From sequence record PZ583743.1: DNA of 64,000 nt. One strand, 5' to 3'. Source of the DNA: a phage. The number at the start of each line of letters is the position of its first letter. The first letter of the stretch is position 1. The position numbers and the translations under genes were made by a program. The notes beneath the pieces are model-generated. The model saw nothing but the letters and a program-made list of their open reading frames with translations, had not been told where the DNA came from and searched no databases. Of this stretch, positions 41,335 through 51,869 are shown one piece after another.

Positions 41335-42252
41335 TCAAAATTCATTAATGCTATTAGTTAATTTAGAAAGACCCGCTTTTACAAAATATGAATAAATTTT
41401 GCCACGCGGTGGTAATTTATATGAATTATAGTAATTCACAATATTTGAAGCAATATTATCAGGAATATAATCAAAATCAATTAGAACTAAATTTTCTTTA
41501 TATCGATTATATTCAGATTCAGTGAGAAGCACCTTAGCTTGCTCACGGTCATTAGCAATAGCTTCAACAATAGAGGTTTTCATTGAAGGAGTTCGTTCAC
41601 CTTCAACTCTAGTAAACCAAAAGTCAGATCGTACTTTAACTGAAGCAACGTTATCCTTTTTGTCGCCTTTAAGGATTTTAGTCATACAGTCAATTTCAGC
41701 AGAACCGCTTTTAATTTTAACCCATTTCTTGTGCATCGGTGACCATTGCTTAACATTTGGGTATTTGTGAAGTTGAGTAAAGTCACCATCCGACGAAATG
41801 ATTAAAATCTTATGTCCTTCTAAAGAGAACTTTTTAACAAGAACAGCAATGTGGTCATCTGCTTCATACTTATCAATATCCATAACGATGTATGGCATAT
41901 AAGCTTTCAATTCATCTATAACTTTATGACTAGATTCAAAATAACCTTCCCAGTCCCAAGTAGATTCTTCTCGTGCTTTTCCACGGTTTTTCTTATAATA
42001 ATAAGCGAAATCACGACGCCAGTATCCAGATTTCGCGTTATCAATACACAATACAATTTTAGTGTATCCAAGAGTTTTTGCTTTTTTGACATTAAACTTA
42101 ATTGAGTTCAATATCAAATGACGAACCATTGATAAGTTAATTTTTTCTTTATCTGGAAAGTTTACTAGAGCAGTTGAAAGCGCAATTTGACTAAAGTCAA
42201 TTAAGCAAATTCCTTCTTTGTAATCTTCATCCAGCATCATTTCTAAATCCAT
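41335..42252 (-). CDS. rnh: RNase H (5'-3' exonuclease / flap endonuclease)
   Basis: FEN-family acidic clusters (…CIDNAKSG…, …YEADDHIA…, …ISSDGDF…); 305 aa from MDLEMMLDED…. Confidence 0.93.
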   Translation of the reverse strand: MDLEMMLDEDYKEGICLIDFSQIALSTALVNFPDKEKINLSMVRHLILNSIKFNVKKAKTLGYTKIVLCIDNAKSGYWRRDFAYYYKKNRGKAREESTWDWEGYFESSHKVIDELKAYMPYIVMDIDKYEADDHIAVLVKKFSLEGHKILIISSDGDFTQLHKYPNVKQWSPMHKKWVKIKSGSAEIDCMTKILKGDKKDNVASVKVRSDFWFTRVEGERTPSMKTSIVEAIANDREQAKVLLTESEYNRYKENLVLIDFDYIPDNIASNIVNYYNSYKLPPRGKIYSYFVKAGLSKLTNSINEF

Positions 42253-42314
42253 ATGAACCTCGTTCAATTAGTGAGATTTCTATTATATACCATCCAAATC
42301 TTAAAGTAAACAAG

Positions 42315-42322
42315 TATAAATA
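42315..42322 (+). promoter_or_regulatory. Late promoter (TATAAATA) for gene 34
   Basis: Exact TATAAATA 35 nt upstream of the gene 34 ATG. Confidence 0.6.
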
Positions 42323-42356
42323 CTTATTATTGAAAACACAATAGGAGCCCGGGAGA

Positions 42357-45300
42357 ATGGCCGAGATTAAAAGAAAGTTCAGAGCAGAAGATGGTCTGGA
42401 CGCAGGTGGCGATAAAATAATCAATGTAGCTTTAGCTGATCGTACCGTAGGAACTGACGGTGTTAACGTTGATTACTTAATTCAAGAAAACACAGTTCAA
42501 CAATATGATCCAACTCGTGGATATTTAAAAGATTTTGTAATCATTTATAATAATCGTTTTTGGGCAGCAACGGATAATATTCCAAAACCTGCTGGAAGTT
42601 TTAATAGAATTCGTTGGAAAGCATTACGTACTGATGCCGTATATACAACCGTATCATCTGGACCATATCAATTAAAATCCGGAGAAGCAATTTCAGTAGA
42701 TACATCAGTTGGTAATGACATTGAGTTTAATTTACCACCTTCTCCGCTTGATGGAGAAACCGTAATAATTCAAGATATTGGTGGAAAACCTGGTATAAAT
42801 CAGGTTAAAATAAATTCTTCAAATCAGAGTATTGTTAATTTTAGAGGTGAACAAGTACGTTCAGTTCTAATGACTCATCCAAAGTCACAGATGATATTCA
42901 TTTTTAATAATCGTTTGTGGCAAATGTATGTTGCTGATTATAGCAGAGAAGCTGCGATTGTTACTCCATCGACTGCATATCAAGCACAATCTAATGATTT
43001 TATCGTGCGTAGATTTACTTCCGCTGCGCCGATTAATATTAAACTTCCGAGATTTGCTAATCATGGCGATATTATTAATTTCGTTGATTTAGATAAATTA
43101 AATCCACTTTATCATACAATTGTCACGACATATGATGAAACAACTTCAGTACAAGAAGTTGGAACTCATTCTATTGAAGGCCGTACATCGATTGACGGTT
43201 TCTTGATGTTTGACGATAATGAAAAATTATGGAGATTGTTTGACGGGGATAGTAAAGCACGTTTACGCATTATAACAACTAATTCTAATATTCGTCCAAA
43301 TGAAGAAGTTATGGTATTTGGTGCGAATAACGGAACAGCCCAAACAATTGAACTTCAGCTTCCAACCGATATTTCCATTGGTGATACTGTTAAAATTTCC
43401 ATGAATTACATGAGAAAAGGACAAACAGTTAAAATCAAAGCTGCCGGTGAAGATAAAATTGCTTCTTCAGTTCAATTGCTGCAATTCCCAAAACGCTCAG
43501 AATATCCACCTGAAGCTGAATGGGTGACTGTCCAAGAATTAGTTTTCAATGGTGAAACTAATTATGTTCCGGTTTTACAACTTGCTTATATAGAAGATTC
43601 TGACGGAAAATACTGGGTTGTACAACAAAACGTTCCAACGGTTGAAAGAGTCGATTCTTTAAATAATTCTACTAGAGCAAGATTAGGCGTAATTGCTTTA
43701 GCTACACAAGCTCAAGCTAACGTCGATTTAGAAAATTCTCCGCAAAAAGAATTAGCAATTACACCAGAAACATTAGCTAACCGTACTGCTACAGAAACTC
43801 GTAGAGGTATCGCAAGAATAGCAACTACTGCTCAAGTAAATCAGAACACTACATTCTCTTTTGCAGATGACCTTATCATCACTCCTAAAAAGCTGAATGA
43901 AAGAACTGCTACAGAAACTCGTAGAGGTGTTGCTGAAATTGCTACACAGCAAGAAACTAACGCAGGTACTGATGATACTACAATCATCACTCCTAAAAAG
44001 CTTCAAGCTCGTCAAGGTTCTGAATCATTATCTGGTATTGTAACCTTTGTATCTACCGCAGGAGCTACTCCAGCTTCTAGTCGTGAATTAAATGGTACGA
44101 ATGTTTATAATAAAAACACTAATAATTTAGTTGTTTCGCCTAAAGCTTTGGATCAGTATAAAGCTACTCCAACCCAACAAGGCGCAGTAATTTTAGCAGT
44201 TGAAAGTGAAGTAATTGCTGGACAAAGCCAAGAAGGATGGGCAAATGCGGTTGTAACGCCAGAAACGTTACATAAAAAGACATCAACTGATGCAAGAATT
44301 GGTTTAATTGAAATTGCTACACAAAGTGAAGTTAATACAGGAACTGACTATACTCGTGCAGTCACTCCTAAAACTTTAAATGACCGTAGAGCAACTGAAA
44401 GTTTAAGTGGTATAGCTGAAATTGCTACACAAGTTGAATTCGACGCAGGCGTCGACGATACTCGTATCTCTACACCATTAAAAATTAAAACCAGATTTAA
44501 TAGTACTGATCGTACTTCTGTTGTTGCTCTATCTGGATTAGTTGAATCAGGAACTCTCTGGGACCATTATACCCTTAATATTCTTGAAGCAAATGAGACA
44601 CAGCGTGGTACACTTCGTGTAGCTACACAAGTTGAAGCTGCTGCAGGAACATTGGATAATGTTCTAATAACTCCTAAAAAGCTTTTAGGTACTAAATCTA
44701 CTGAAGCACAGGAAGGCGTTATTAAAGTTGCAACTCGGTCTGAAACTGTAGCTGGAACGTCAGCAAATACTGCTGTATCTCCAAAAAATTTAAAATGGAT
44801 TGTGCAGAGTGAACCAACTTGGGCAGCAACTACTCTGATAAGAGGGTTTGTTAAAACTTCATCTGGTTCAATTACATTCGTTGGTAATGATACCGTTGGT
44901 TCAACGCAGTCATTAGAATCATATGAGAAAAATGGTTATGCAGTATCACCATATGAATTAAATCGCGTATTAGCAAATTATTTGCCATTAAAAGCAAAAG
45001 CCGTAGATAGTAATTTATTAGATGGTCTAGATTCGCTCCAGTTCATTCGTAGGGACATTGCACAAACAGTTAATGGTTCACTAACCTTAACGCAACAAAC
45101 GAATCTGAGTGCCCCTCTTGTATCATCTAGTACTGCTACGTTTGGTGGATCAGTTTCGGCAAATAGTACATTAACTATTTCTAATACTGGAACGGCAACT
45201 CGTCTGATTTTTGAAAAAGGACCTCAAACTGGGACGAACCCAGCTCAAACGATGACAGTCAGAGTGTGGGGAAATCAATTCAGCGGTGAATCGGACACAA

Positions 45301-46226
45301 CACGTTCTACCGTATTTGAAGTTAGTGATGAAACGTCTAATCACTTTTATTCTCAGCGCAATAAAGCTGGTAATATAACATTTAATATAAACGGTACAGT
45401 AACGCCGATAAATGTGAATGCTTCAGGAACATTGAATGCGAATGGCGTTGCAACATTTGGTAATTCAGTCACTGCTAATGGCGAATTTATCAGTAAATCA
45501 TCGAATGCTTTTAGAGCAATAAACGGTGATTATGGATTCTTTATTCGTAATGATGGTGCTAACACCTATTTTATGCTTACTGCATCTGGTGATCAGACCG
45601 GTGGATTTAATGGATTACGTCCTTTAACTATTAATAATGCATCTGGTCAAGTAACGATTGGTGAAAGCTTAATCATTGCCAAAGGTGCTACTATAAGTTC
45701 AGGTGGTTTAACTGTTAACTCGAGAATTCGTTCTCAGGGTACTAAAACCTCTGATTTATATACCCGTGCGCCAACATCTGATACTGTAGGATTCTGGTCA
45801 ATCGATATTAATGATTCAGCCACTTATAACCAGTTCCCGGGTTATTTTAAAATGGTTGAAAAAACTAATGAAGTTACTGGACTTCCATACTTAGAACGTG
45901 GTGAAGAAGTTAAATCTCCTGGTACATTGACTCAGTTTGGTAACACACTTGATTCACTTTACCAAGATTGGATTACTTATCCAACGACCCCAGAAGCACG
46001 TACCACTCGCTGGACACGTACATGGCAGAAAACCAAAAACTCTTGGTCAAGTTTTGTTCAGGTATTTGACGGAGGTAACCCTCCTCAACCTTCAGATATA
46101 GGAGCGATCCCATCTGATAATGGAATAATAGGTAATCTTACTATTCGTGATTTCTTGCGAATTGGTAATGTTCGCATTATTCCTGACCCAGTGAATAAAA
46201 CTGTTAAATTTGAGTGGATTGAATAA
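42357..46226 (+). CDS. 34: Long tail fibre proximal subunit gp34
   Basis: 1289 aa, same length as T4 gp34; internal repeated shaft motifs (…TETRRGIARIATTAQ… / …TETRRGVAEIATQQE…). Confidence 0.95.
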   Translation: MAEIKRKFRAEDGLDAGGDKIINVALADRTVGTDGVNVDYLIQENTVQQYDPTRGYLKDFVIIYNNRFWAATDNIPKPAGSFNRIRWKALRTDAVYTTVSSGPYQLKSGEAISVDTSVGNDIEFNLPPSPLDGETVIIQDIGGKPGINQVKINSSNQSIVNFRGEQVRSVLMTHPKSQMIFIFNNRLWQMYVADYSREAAIVTPSTAYQAQSNDFIVRRFTSAAPINIKLPRFANHGDIINFVDLDKLNPLYHTIVTTYDETTSVQEVGTHSIEGRTSIDGFLMFDDNEKLWRLFDGDSKARLRIITTNSNIRPNEEVMVFGANNGTAQTIELQLPTDISIGDTVKISMNYMRKGQTVKIKAAGEDKIASSVQLLQFPKRSEYPPEAEWVTVQELVFNGETNYVPVLQLAYIEDSDGKYWVVQQNVPTVERVDSLNNSTRARLGVIALATQAQANVDLENSPQKELAITPETLANRTATETRRGIARIATTAQVNQNTTFSFADDLIITPKKLNERTATETRRGVAEIATQQETNAGTDDTTIITPKKLQARQGSESLSGIVTFVSTAGATPASSRELNGTNVYNKNTNNLVVSPKALDQYKATPTQQGAVILAVESEVIAGQSQEGWANAVVTPETLHKKTSTDARIGLIEIATQSEVNTGTDYTRAVTPKTLNDRRATESLSGIAEIATQVEFDAGVDDTRISTPLKIKTRFNSTDRTSVVALSGLVESGTLWDHYTLNILEANETQRGTLRVATQVEAAAGTLDNVLITPKKLLGTKSTEAQEGVIKVATRSETVAGTSANTAVSPKNLKWIVQSEPTWAATTLIRGFVKTSSGSITFVGNDTVGSTQSLESYEKNGYAVSPYELNRVLANYLPLKAKAVDSNLLDGLDSLQFIRRDIAQTVNGSLTLTQQTNLSAPLVSSSTATFGGSVSANSTLTISNTGTATRLIFEKGPQTGTNPAQTMTVRVWGNQFSGESDTTRSTVFEVSDETSNHFYSQRNKAGNITFNINGTVTPINVNASGTLNANGVATFGNSVTANGEFISKSSNAFRAINGDYGFFIRNDGANTYFMLTASGDQTGGFNGLRPLTINNASGQVTIGESLIIAKGATISSGGLTVNSRIRSQGTKTSDLYTRAPTSDTVGFWSIDINDSATYNQFPGYFKMVEKTNEVTGLPYLERGEEVKSPGTLTQFGNTLDSLYQDWITYPTTPEARTTRWTRTWQKTKNSWSSFVQVFDGGNPPQPSDIGAIPSDNGIIGNLTIRDFLRIGNVRIIPDPVNKTVKFEWIE

Positions 46227-46234
46227 GAGGTATT

Positions 46235-47350
46235 ATGGAAAAATTTATGGCAGAGTTTGGACAAGGATACGTCCAAACGCCATTTTTATCGGAAAGTAAT
46301 TCAGTAAGATATAAAATAAGTATAGCGGGTTCTTGCCCGCTTTCTACAGCAGGACCGTATGTTAAATTTCAGGATAATCCTGTCGGAAATCAAACATTTA
46401 GCGCAGGTCTTCATTTAAGAGTTTTTGACCCTTCAACAGGAGCATTAGTTGATAGTAAGTCATATGCTTTTTCTACTTCAAATAATACTACATCAGCTGC
46501 TTTTGTTAGTTTCATGAATTCTTTGTCAAACAATAGACTTGTTGCTATATTAACTAGCGGAAAGGTTAATTTTCCTCCTGAAGTGGTATCTTGGTTAAGG
46601 GGAGCAGGAACTTCAGTTTTTCCATCAGATTCAGTATTGTCAAGATTTGACGTATCATATGCTGCTTTTTATACTTCTTCTAAAAGAGCTATTGCATTAG
46701 AGCATGTTAAACTAAGTAATAGAAAAAGCACAGATGATTATCAAACTATTTTAGATGTTGTATTTGATAGTTTAGAAGACGTCGGAGCTACGGGATTTCC
46801 TAAAAGAACATATGAAAGTGTCGAGCAATTTATGTCAGCGGTTGGTGGAACTAATAACGAAATTGCGCGATTGCCAACTTCAGCTGCTATAAGTAAACTA
46901 TCTGATTATAATTTAATTCCTGGTGATGTTCTTTATCTTAAAGCACAGTTATATGCTGATGCTGATTTACTTGATCTTGGAACTACAAACATATCCATTC
47001 GTTTTTATGATGCATCAAATGGATATATTTCCTCTACCCAAGCTGAGTTTACTGGGCAAGCTGGGTCTTGGGAATTAAAGGAAGATTATGTAGTTGTTCC
47101 TGAAAATGCAGTCGGATTTACTATATATGCGCAGAGAACTGCTCAAGCTGGTCAAGGCGGCATGAGGAATTTAAGCTTTTCTGAAGTATCAAGAAATGGC
47201 GGCATTTCAAAACCTGCCGAATTTGGCGTCAACGGTATTCGCGTTAATTATGTCTGTGAATCGGCTTCACCTCCAGATATAATGGTACTTCCTACACAAG
47301 CCTCTTCTAAAACTGGCAAAGTGTTTGGGCAAGAATTTAGAGAAGTTTAA
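46235..47350 (+). CDS. 35: Long tail fibre hinge protein gp35
   Basis: 371 aa; T4 gp35 length and position. Confidence 0.9.
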   Translation: MEKFMAEFGQGYVQTPFLSESNSVRYKISIAGSCPLSTAGPYVKFQDNPVGNQTFSAGLHLRVFDPSTGALVDSKSYAFSTSNNTTSAAFVSFMNSLSNNRLVAILTSGKVNFPPEVVSWLRGAGTSVFPSDSVLSRFDVSYAAFYTSSKRAIALEHVKLSNRKSTDDYQTILDVVFDSLEDVGATGFPKRTYESVEQFMSAVGGTNNEIARLPTSAAISKLSDYNLIPGDVLYLKAQLYADADLLDLGTTNISIRFYDASNGYISSTQAEFTGQAGSWELKEDYVVVPENAVGFTIYAQRTAQAGQGGMRNLSFSEVSRNGGISKPAEFGVNGIRVNYVCESASPPDIMVLPTQASSKTGKVFGQEFREV

Positions 47351-47355
47351 ACTGA

Positions 47356-47380
47356 GGGAGCCTTCGGGTTCCCTTTTTCT
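47356..47380 (+). terminator. Terminator hairpin GGGAGCCUUCGGGUUCCC + U-run after gene 35
   Basis: UUCG-loop hairpin followed by TTTTTCTTT. Confidence 0.65.
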
Positions 47381-47381
47381 T

Positions 47382-47389
47382 TATAAATA
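47382..47389 (+). promoter_or_regulatory. Late promoter (TATAAATA) for genes 36-37-38
   Basis: Exact TATAAATA 24 nt upstream of the gene 36 ATG. Confidence 0.65.
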
Positions 47390-47412
47390 ATATTAAAATA
47401 AAGGGGCATATA

Positions 47413-48063
47413 ATGGCTGATTTAAAAGTAGGTTCAACTGTGGGTGGATCTGTCATTTGGCATCAAGGAAATTTTCCATTGAATTCAGCCGGTGACGATG
47501 TACTCTACAAATCATTTAAAATATATTCAGAATATAATAAACCGCAGGCAGCTGATAACGATTTCGTTTCTAAAGCTAATGGTGGTACTTACACCGGTCC
47601 AATTACTATTAATTACGGGGTAAATAGTTATCTTCAATTAAGTAATAATGAAACCCCAATTCGAATTCGTTCTGGCGGCGGTACCGGTAATACTCTTGTA
47701 GTTGGCGGCTCTTCCGGTGGTATTAGTTTTAGACCTGCAGGTAGTGAAATCACTACTGGGCAAATTACTATTACGCCAGAAGGTTTGACAACATTTACTA
47801 GGGCTGTAACGGCTCCATCGGTAACTGTTACATCTACTCCTTCCGCAGCATCTGATGTTACTCGTAAAGATTATGTCGATGGAGCAATAAATACTGTTAC
47901 GGCAAATGCAAACTCTAGGGTATTACGCTCTGGAGATACTATGACAGGAAATTTAACTGCGCCAAACCTTTTTTCACAGAATCCTGCATCTCAACCCTCA
48001 CATGTTCCACGATTTGACCAAATCGTGATTAAGGATTCTGTTCAAGATTTCGGCTATTATTAA
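47413..48063 (+). CDS. 36: Long tail fibre proximal-distal connector gp36
   Basis: 216 aa; position between genes 35 and 37. Confidence 0.88.
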   Translation: MADLKVGSTVGGSVIWHQGNFPLNSAGDDVLYKSFKIYSEYNKPQAADNDFVSKANGGTYTGPITINYGVNSYLQLSNNETPIRIRSGGGTGNTLVVGGSSGGISFRPAGSEITTGQITITPEGLTTFTRAVTAPSVTVTSTPSAASDVTRKDYVDGAINTVTANANSRVLRSGDTMTGNLTAPNLFSQNPASQPSHVPRFDQIVIKDSVQDFGYY

Positions 48064-48071
48064 GAGGACTT

Positions 48072-51020
48072 ATGGCTACTTTAAAACAAATACAATTTAA
48101 AAGAAGCAAAACTGCAGGTCAACTTCCTGCCGCTTCAGTATTAGCCGAAGGTGAATTGGCTATTAATTTAAAAGATAAAACAATTTTCACAAAAGATGAC
48201 TCAGGCAATGTTATAGAATTAGGTTTAAAATATGGAGGAACAATTGATGGTTCTTTAACTGTTAATGGAAATATAATTGGAAATTTAACAGGTAACGCTG
48301 CAACTGCAACGAAATTAAAAACAGCACGAAAAATTAATGGTATATCCTTTGATGGGTCAAAAGATATCACGCTAACTCCATCTGACATAAATGTCAATAG
48401 CACAACATTTATAAAAAATAATGGCGAATTACCTGTTGATGCTAATTTAGATGAGTATGGGCCTGTTGAAGAATATCTTGGAGTTTGGTCGAAAGCAACT
48501 TCAACCAACGCTCAACCAGCAAATAAATTTCCAGAACAAAATGCTGTAGGTGTGCTAGAAGTATTTGTGGCCGGTCAATTTGCTGGTACTCAGAGATATA
48601 CAACTAGATACGGAAATGTTTATATTCGTTCCTTGACTGCTACATGGAACGGAGTAAATGGTCCGTGGAGTGTGTGGCGAAATATTCAATCCGGTACTCG
48701 TCCACTGTCAACAACAATTGATCTTAATGATCTAGGAGGCGCTGAACACTTTGGTTTGTGGCGAAATAGTTCAAATTCCATTGCTACCTTTGACAGAAAT
48801 TTCCCAGAAGAAGGATCGTCAGCTCAAGGACTTTTAGAAGTATATGAAGGTGGAAACTATTCTCGCACACAGAGATATACGACCAGATTTGGTGTTGTTT
48901 ATACTCGCTGTCTTACTGCTGCGTGGGATGCTTCTGCGCCTAAATGGGGACCGTGGCAACAAGTCGGTAATGTCACACCGGCGACTTTCTATGACGGAAA
49001 CCTGAATGATTTTAAAACTCCTGGGTTATATAATATTTTAGGCACTGATGCCGTTATTAATTGTCCTACAGGCGAAGGTTTACCAGCCGTTATTGTTGGT
49101 TTGCTGGAAGTTAAACAACGTGCTTCTGGCGGTGCTATTTTCCAAAAATTTACTACTGCCGGAACGGGTGAAACTACTCGCGATCGTATTTTTGAGCGCG
49201 CATATACCGGCGGTGCGTGGGGTGCATGGAACGAAGTATATACATCTTATTCTCTGCCAATTACTTTGGGTATGGGTGGTATTAAAGCTCAATTAGCGGA
49301 GTTAGATTGGCAAACCTTTGATTTTGTCCCTGGTAGTATGTTTAGCGTTCCTTTGAACAAAATAAAGAACATGCCAGCTAATATGGATTGGGGTACGATT
49401 GACGGAAACTTAATTATGTTTTCTGTTGGTCCTAGCGAGCACACCAGCACAGGACGTACTGTTCAGGTTTGGCGTGGTACTGTATCCCAGACAAACTACC
49501 GTTATTTTGTCGTTCGTGTATTCGGTAATTCAGGAAATAGAACTTGCACAGTTCGTCGCGTTGTTCTTGAAGATGGTCGCCATTCTTGGACGGCACAACA
49601 AGATTTTAGGGGCGCGGTTAATCTTTACGGTGCTACATATCTTCGTTCAAACAATAAATTAACATTAGATCCGAGTGCATATATTCAAGCACCAGCAAGC
49701 GGTTCTGGTTCTAATACTTACGCAAATCAGAATACTACTATTGCGCCATTATATCAGGCCATTGACGATTCAAATAAAAACCAGTTTGCTCCTATTGTAA
49801 AACAGAAAAACACTGTAACAAATATTACTATGGCTTCTGGTATGGATATTGCTAGTTCAGAATATCGTATCATTGCTCAAGGTGATTTATCCGCTACTGG
49901 AACTACAGCTAATGAATTAGCTACATGGCGTTTCTTGCCGTCTGGCCGATTCATGTCACAAAGCCGAGTTTATGCTGGCGCAGCATTCCTTAATACCGAT
50001 GGTAATATTGCTGGTTCAATCTGGAAGAAATATAACAATGCGACAAATTTAGATGCTGCCTTGAATACTCGCGTAGGTAAAGGCGGTGATACGATGACAG
50101 GTCGGTTAACAATCAATGCACCTAATGATTCTATCGTATTATCAACAACTGCTAGTAATTCTTTGCATATTCGCGGTGACATAGACGGGACTGGTAACTG
50201 GTATATTGGCAAGGGTGGTGCTGATAATTCGCTAGCATTTTATAGCTATGCTACTCAGGCGGCAGTACATATCACAAACAATGGTGAGATTTCGCTAAAT
50301 CCACAAAATATCGCAATGGTTAACGTTAACCGCGATCGTGTACACATTAACGGTTCTGGATGGATTGCTAGACAACCGGGTGATTGGGGCAACCAATGGC
50401 GAGTAGAAGCTCCATTATTCGTTGATCATGGTTATGTTTCACAGGATTGTTATTATCCTATTCTTAAAGCAAGAAGCGTTATAACCAATCAAGGATATAG
50501 CACCGCTGTTGACTTTGGTATGCGTCGTATTCCATCACAGTGGGGGCAAGCAATCATTCGTGTCGGATCCACGGAGGCTTCTCCTGATGCTGGACACCCA
50601 CAAGCTGTGTTTGAATTCCATCATGATGGATTCTTTTATACACCAGGAAATGGTAGCTTTAGCGATGTGTATATTCGTTCTGACTCCCGTCTCAAGATTA
50701 ATAAAGAAGAATTAGAATATGGAGCGGTCGAAAAAGTTTGCCGACTGAAAGTTTATATTTACGATAAAGTTAAGTCTATTAAAGACCGTAGTGTTATTAA
50801 ACGTGAAGTTGGTATTATTGCTCAGGACCTTGAAAAGGAATTACCGGAAGCTGTATCTAAAGTTGAAGTTGATGGATCTGATGTTCTGACAATTTCTAAC
50901 TCTGCTGTGAATGCTCTTTTAATTAAGGCTATTCAGGAAATGAGTGAAGAAATTAAAGAATTGAAAACGCCTCTCTTTACTAAAATTGTTCGCAAAATTA
51001 GTAAATATTTTAAATTCTAA
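48072..51020 (+). CDS. 37: Long tail fibre distal subunit gp37 with C-terminal intramolecular chaperone (S74-like) domain
   Basis: 982 aa; N-terminus MATLKQIQFKRSK… as in T4 gp37; C-terminal ~110 aa (…YIRSDSRLKINKEELEYGAVEK…GIIAQDLEKELPEAV…NALLIKAIQEMSEEIKELK) resembles auto-cleaving chaperone domains. Confidence 0.9.
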   Translation: MATLKQIQFKRSKTAGQLPAASVLAEGELAINLKDKTIFTKDDSGNVIELGLKYGGTIDGSLTVNGNIIGNLTGNAATATKLKTARKINGISFDGSKDITLTPSDINVNSTTFIKNNGELPVDANLDEYGPVEEYLGVWSKATSTNAQPANKFPEQNAVGVLEVFVAGQFAGTQRYTTRYGNVYIRSLTATWNGVNGPWSVWRNIQSGTRPLSTTIDLNDLGGAEHFGLWRNSSNSIATFDRNFPEEGSSAQGLLEVYEGGNYSRTQRYTTRFGVVYTRCLTAAWDASAPKWGPWQQVGNVTPATFYDGNLNDFKTPGLYNILGTDAVINCPTGEGLPAVIVGLLEVKQRASGGAIFQKFTTAGTGETTRDRIFERAYTGGAWGAWNEVYTSYSLPITLGMGGIKAQLAELDWQTFDFVPGSMFSVPLNKIKNMPANMDWGTIDGNLIMFSVGPSEHTSTGRTVQVWRGTVSQTNYRYFVVRVFGNSGNRTCTVRRVVLEDGRHSWTAQQDFRGAVNLYGATYLRSNNKLTLDPSAYIQAPASGSGSNTYANQNTTIAPLYQAIDDSNKNQFAPIVKQKNTVTNITMASGMDIASSEYRIIAQGDLSATGTTANELATWRFLPSGRFMSQSRVYAGAAFLNTDGNIAGSIWKKYNNATNLDAALNTRVGKGGDTMTGRLTINAPNDSIVLSTTASNSLHIRGDIDGTGNWYIGKGGADNSLAFYSYATQAAVHITNNGEISLNPQNIAMVNVNRDRVHINGSGWIARQPGDWGNQWRVEAPLFVDHGYVSQDCYYPILKARSVITNQGYSTAVDFGMRRIPSQWGQAIIRVGSTEASPDAGHPQAVFEFHHDGFFYTPGNGSFSDVYIRSDSRLKINKEELEYGAVEKVCRLKVYIYDKVKSIKDRSVIKREVGIIAQDLEKELPEAVSKVEVDGSDVLTISNSAVNALLIKAIQEMSEEIKELKTPLFTKIVRKISKYFKF

Positions 51021-51025
51021 CAACA

Positions 51026-51045
51026 AGGGGGAAATGCCCCCTTTG
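51026..51045 (+). terminator. Weak terminator-like hairpin after gene 37
   Basis: AGGGGG-aaatg-CCCCCT followed by TTTGG; short T-run. Confidence 0.35.
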
Positions 51046-51056
51046 GAGTATAAATT

Positions 51057-51839
51057 ATGGCAGTAGTTAGTGTTCCTGGTTGGATTGGAAGTTCAGCCGC
51101 AAATGAAACAGGGCAACGATGGATGAGTCAAGCGGCTGGTCAACTAAGATTGGGTGTTCCTTGCTGGATGAGTCAATTTTCAGGTCGCTCGCGAGAAATT
51201 ATTCATACACTTGGTGCAGACCATAACTTCAATGGTCAGTGGTTCCGTGATAGATGCTTTGAGGCAGGTAGTACACCTATAGTGTTTAATATTACAGGTG
51301 ATTTAGTATCATATTCTAAAGATGTTCCTTTATTCTTTATGTACGGAGATACACCGAATGAATATGTTCAGTTGAATATACATGGCGTAACGATGTATGG
51401 TCGTGGCGGGAATGGCGGTAGCAATAGTCCTGGATCAGCTGGGGGTCATTGTATTCAAAATGATATTGGTGGGAGACTAAGAATTAATAATGGCGGAGCT
51501 ATTGCTGGCGGTGGCGGTGGCGGTGGCGGCGGATATTATTCTCCTTTTTCACAAATGAGATTGACCTTTGGCGGTGGCGGCGGTCGTCCGTTTGGCGCTC
51601 CGGGCGGATCTATTGATATGCAATCAGGAGCAACTGCTGGTACTATTTCTGCACCAGGCTCAGGGTCTGTGAACGGTATCTATAGCGGCGGGTCTGGTGG
51701 TGAAGTTGGATCCGCAGGGGGTAGATGTAATATTCGTGGTCAAGGATATGAATACGATGGCGGAGCTGCTGGTTATGCCGTCATAGGGTCTACGCCGACA
51801 TGGCAAAACGTTGGAGCAATATATGGTCCAAGAGTATAA
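51057..51839 (+). CDS. 38: gp38 receptor-recognising adhesin (T2-type) with glycine-rich motifs
   Basis: 260 aa; poly-Gly blocks ([38 protein letters not shown]) separated by variable segments. Confidence 0.88.
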   Translation: MAVVSVPGWIGSSAANETGQRWMSQAAGQLRLGVPCWMSQFSGRSREIIHTLGADHNFNGQWFRDRCFEAGSTPIVFNITGDLVSYSKDVPLFFMYGDTPNEYVQLNIHGVTMYGRGGNGGSNSPGSAGGHCIQNDIGGRLRINNGGAIAGGGGGGGGGYYSPFSQMRLTFGGGGGRPFGAPGGSIDMQSGATAGTISAPGSGSVNGIYSGGSGGEVGSAGGRCNIRGQGYEYDGGAAGYAVIGSTPTWQNVGAIYGPRV

Positions 51840-51869
51840 TTTGAATAAATATCCTTAAAAGGAGGGTCT

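Noticed and set aside
48119-48508. 129-aa minus-strand ORF inside gene 37
   Set aside because: Antisense to gp37; the same applies to other listed ORFs nested antisense in genes 29, 34, 37, nrdA, pseT and the alt paralogs
51480-51620. GGT/GGC-rich tract considered as a simple-sequence repeat or slippage artefact
   Set aside because: It is in frame and encodes the glycine-rich motifs of the gp38 adhesin
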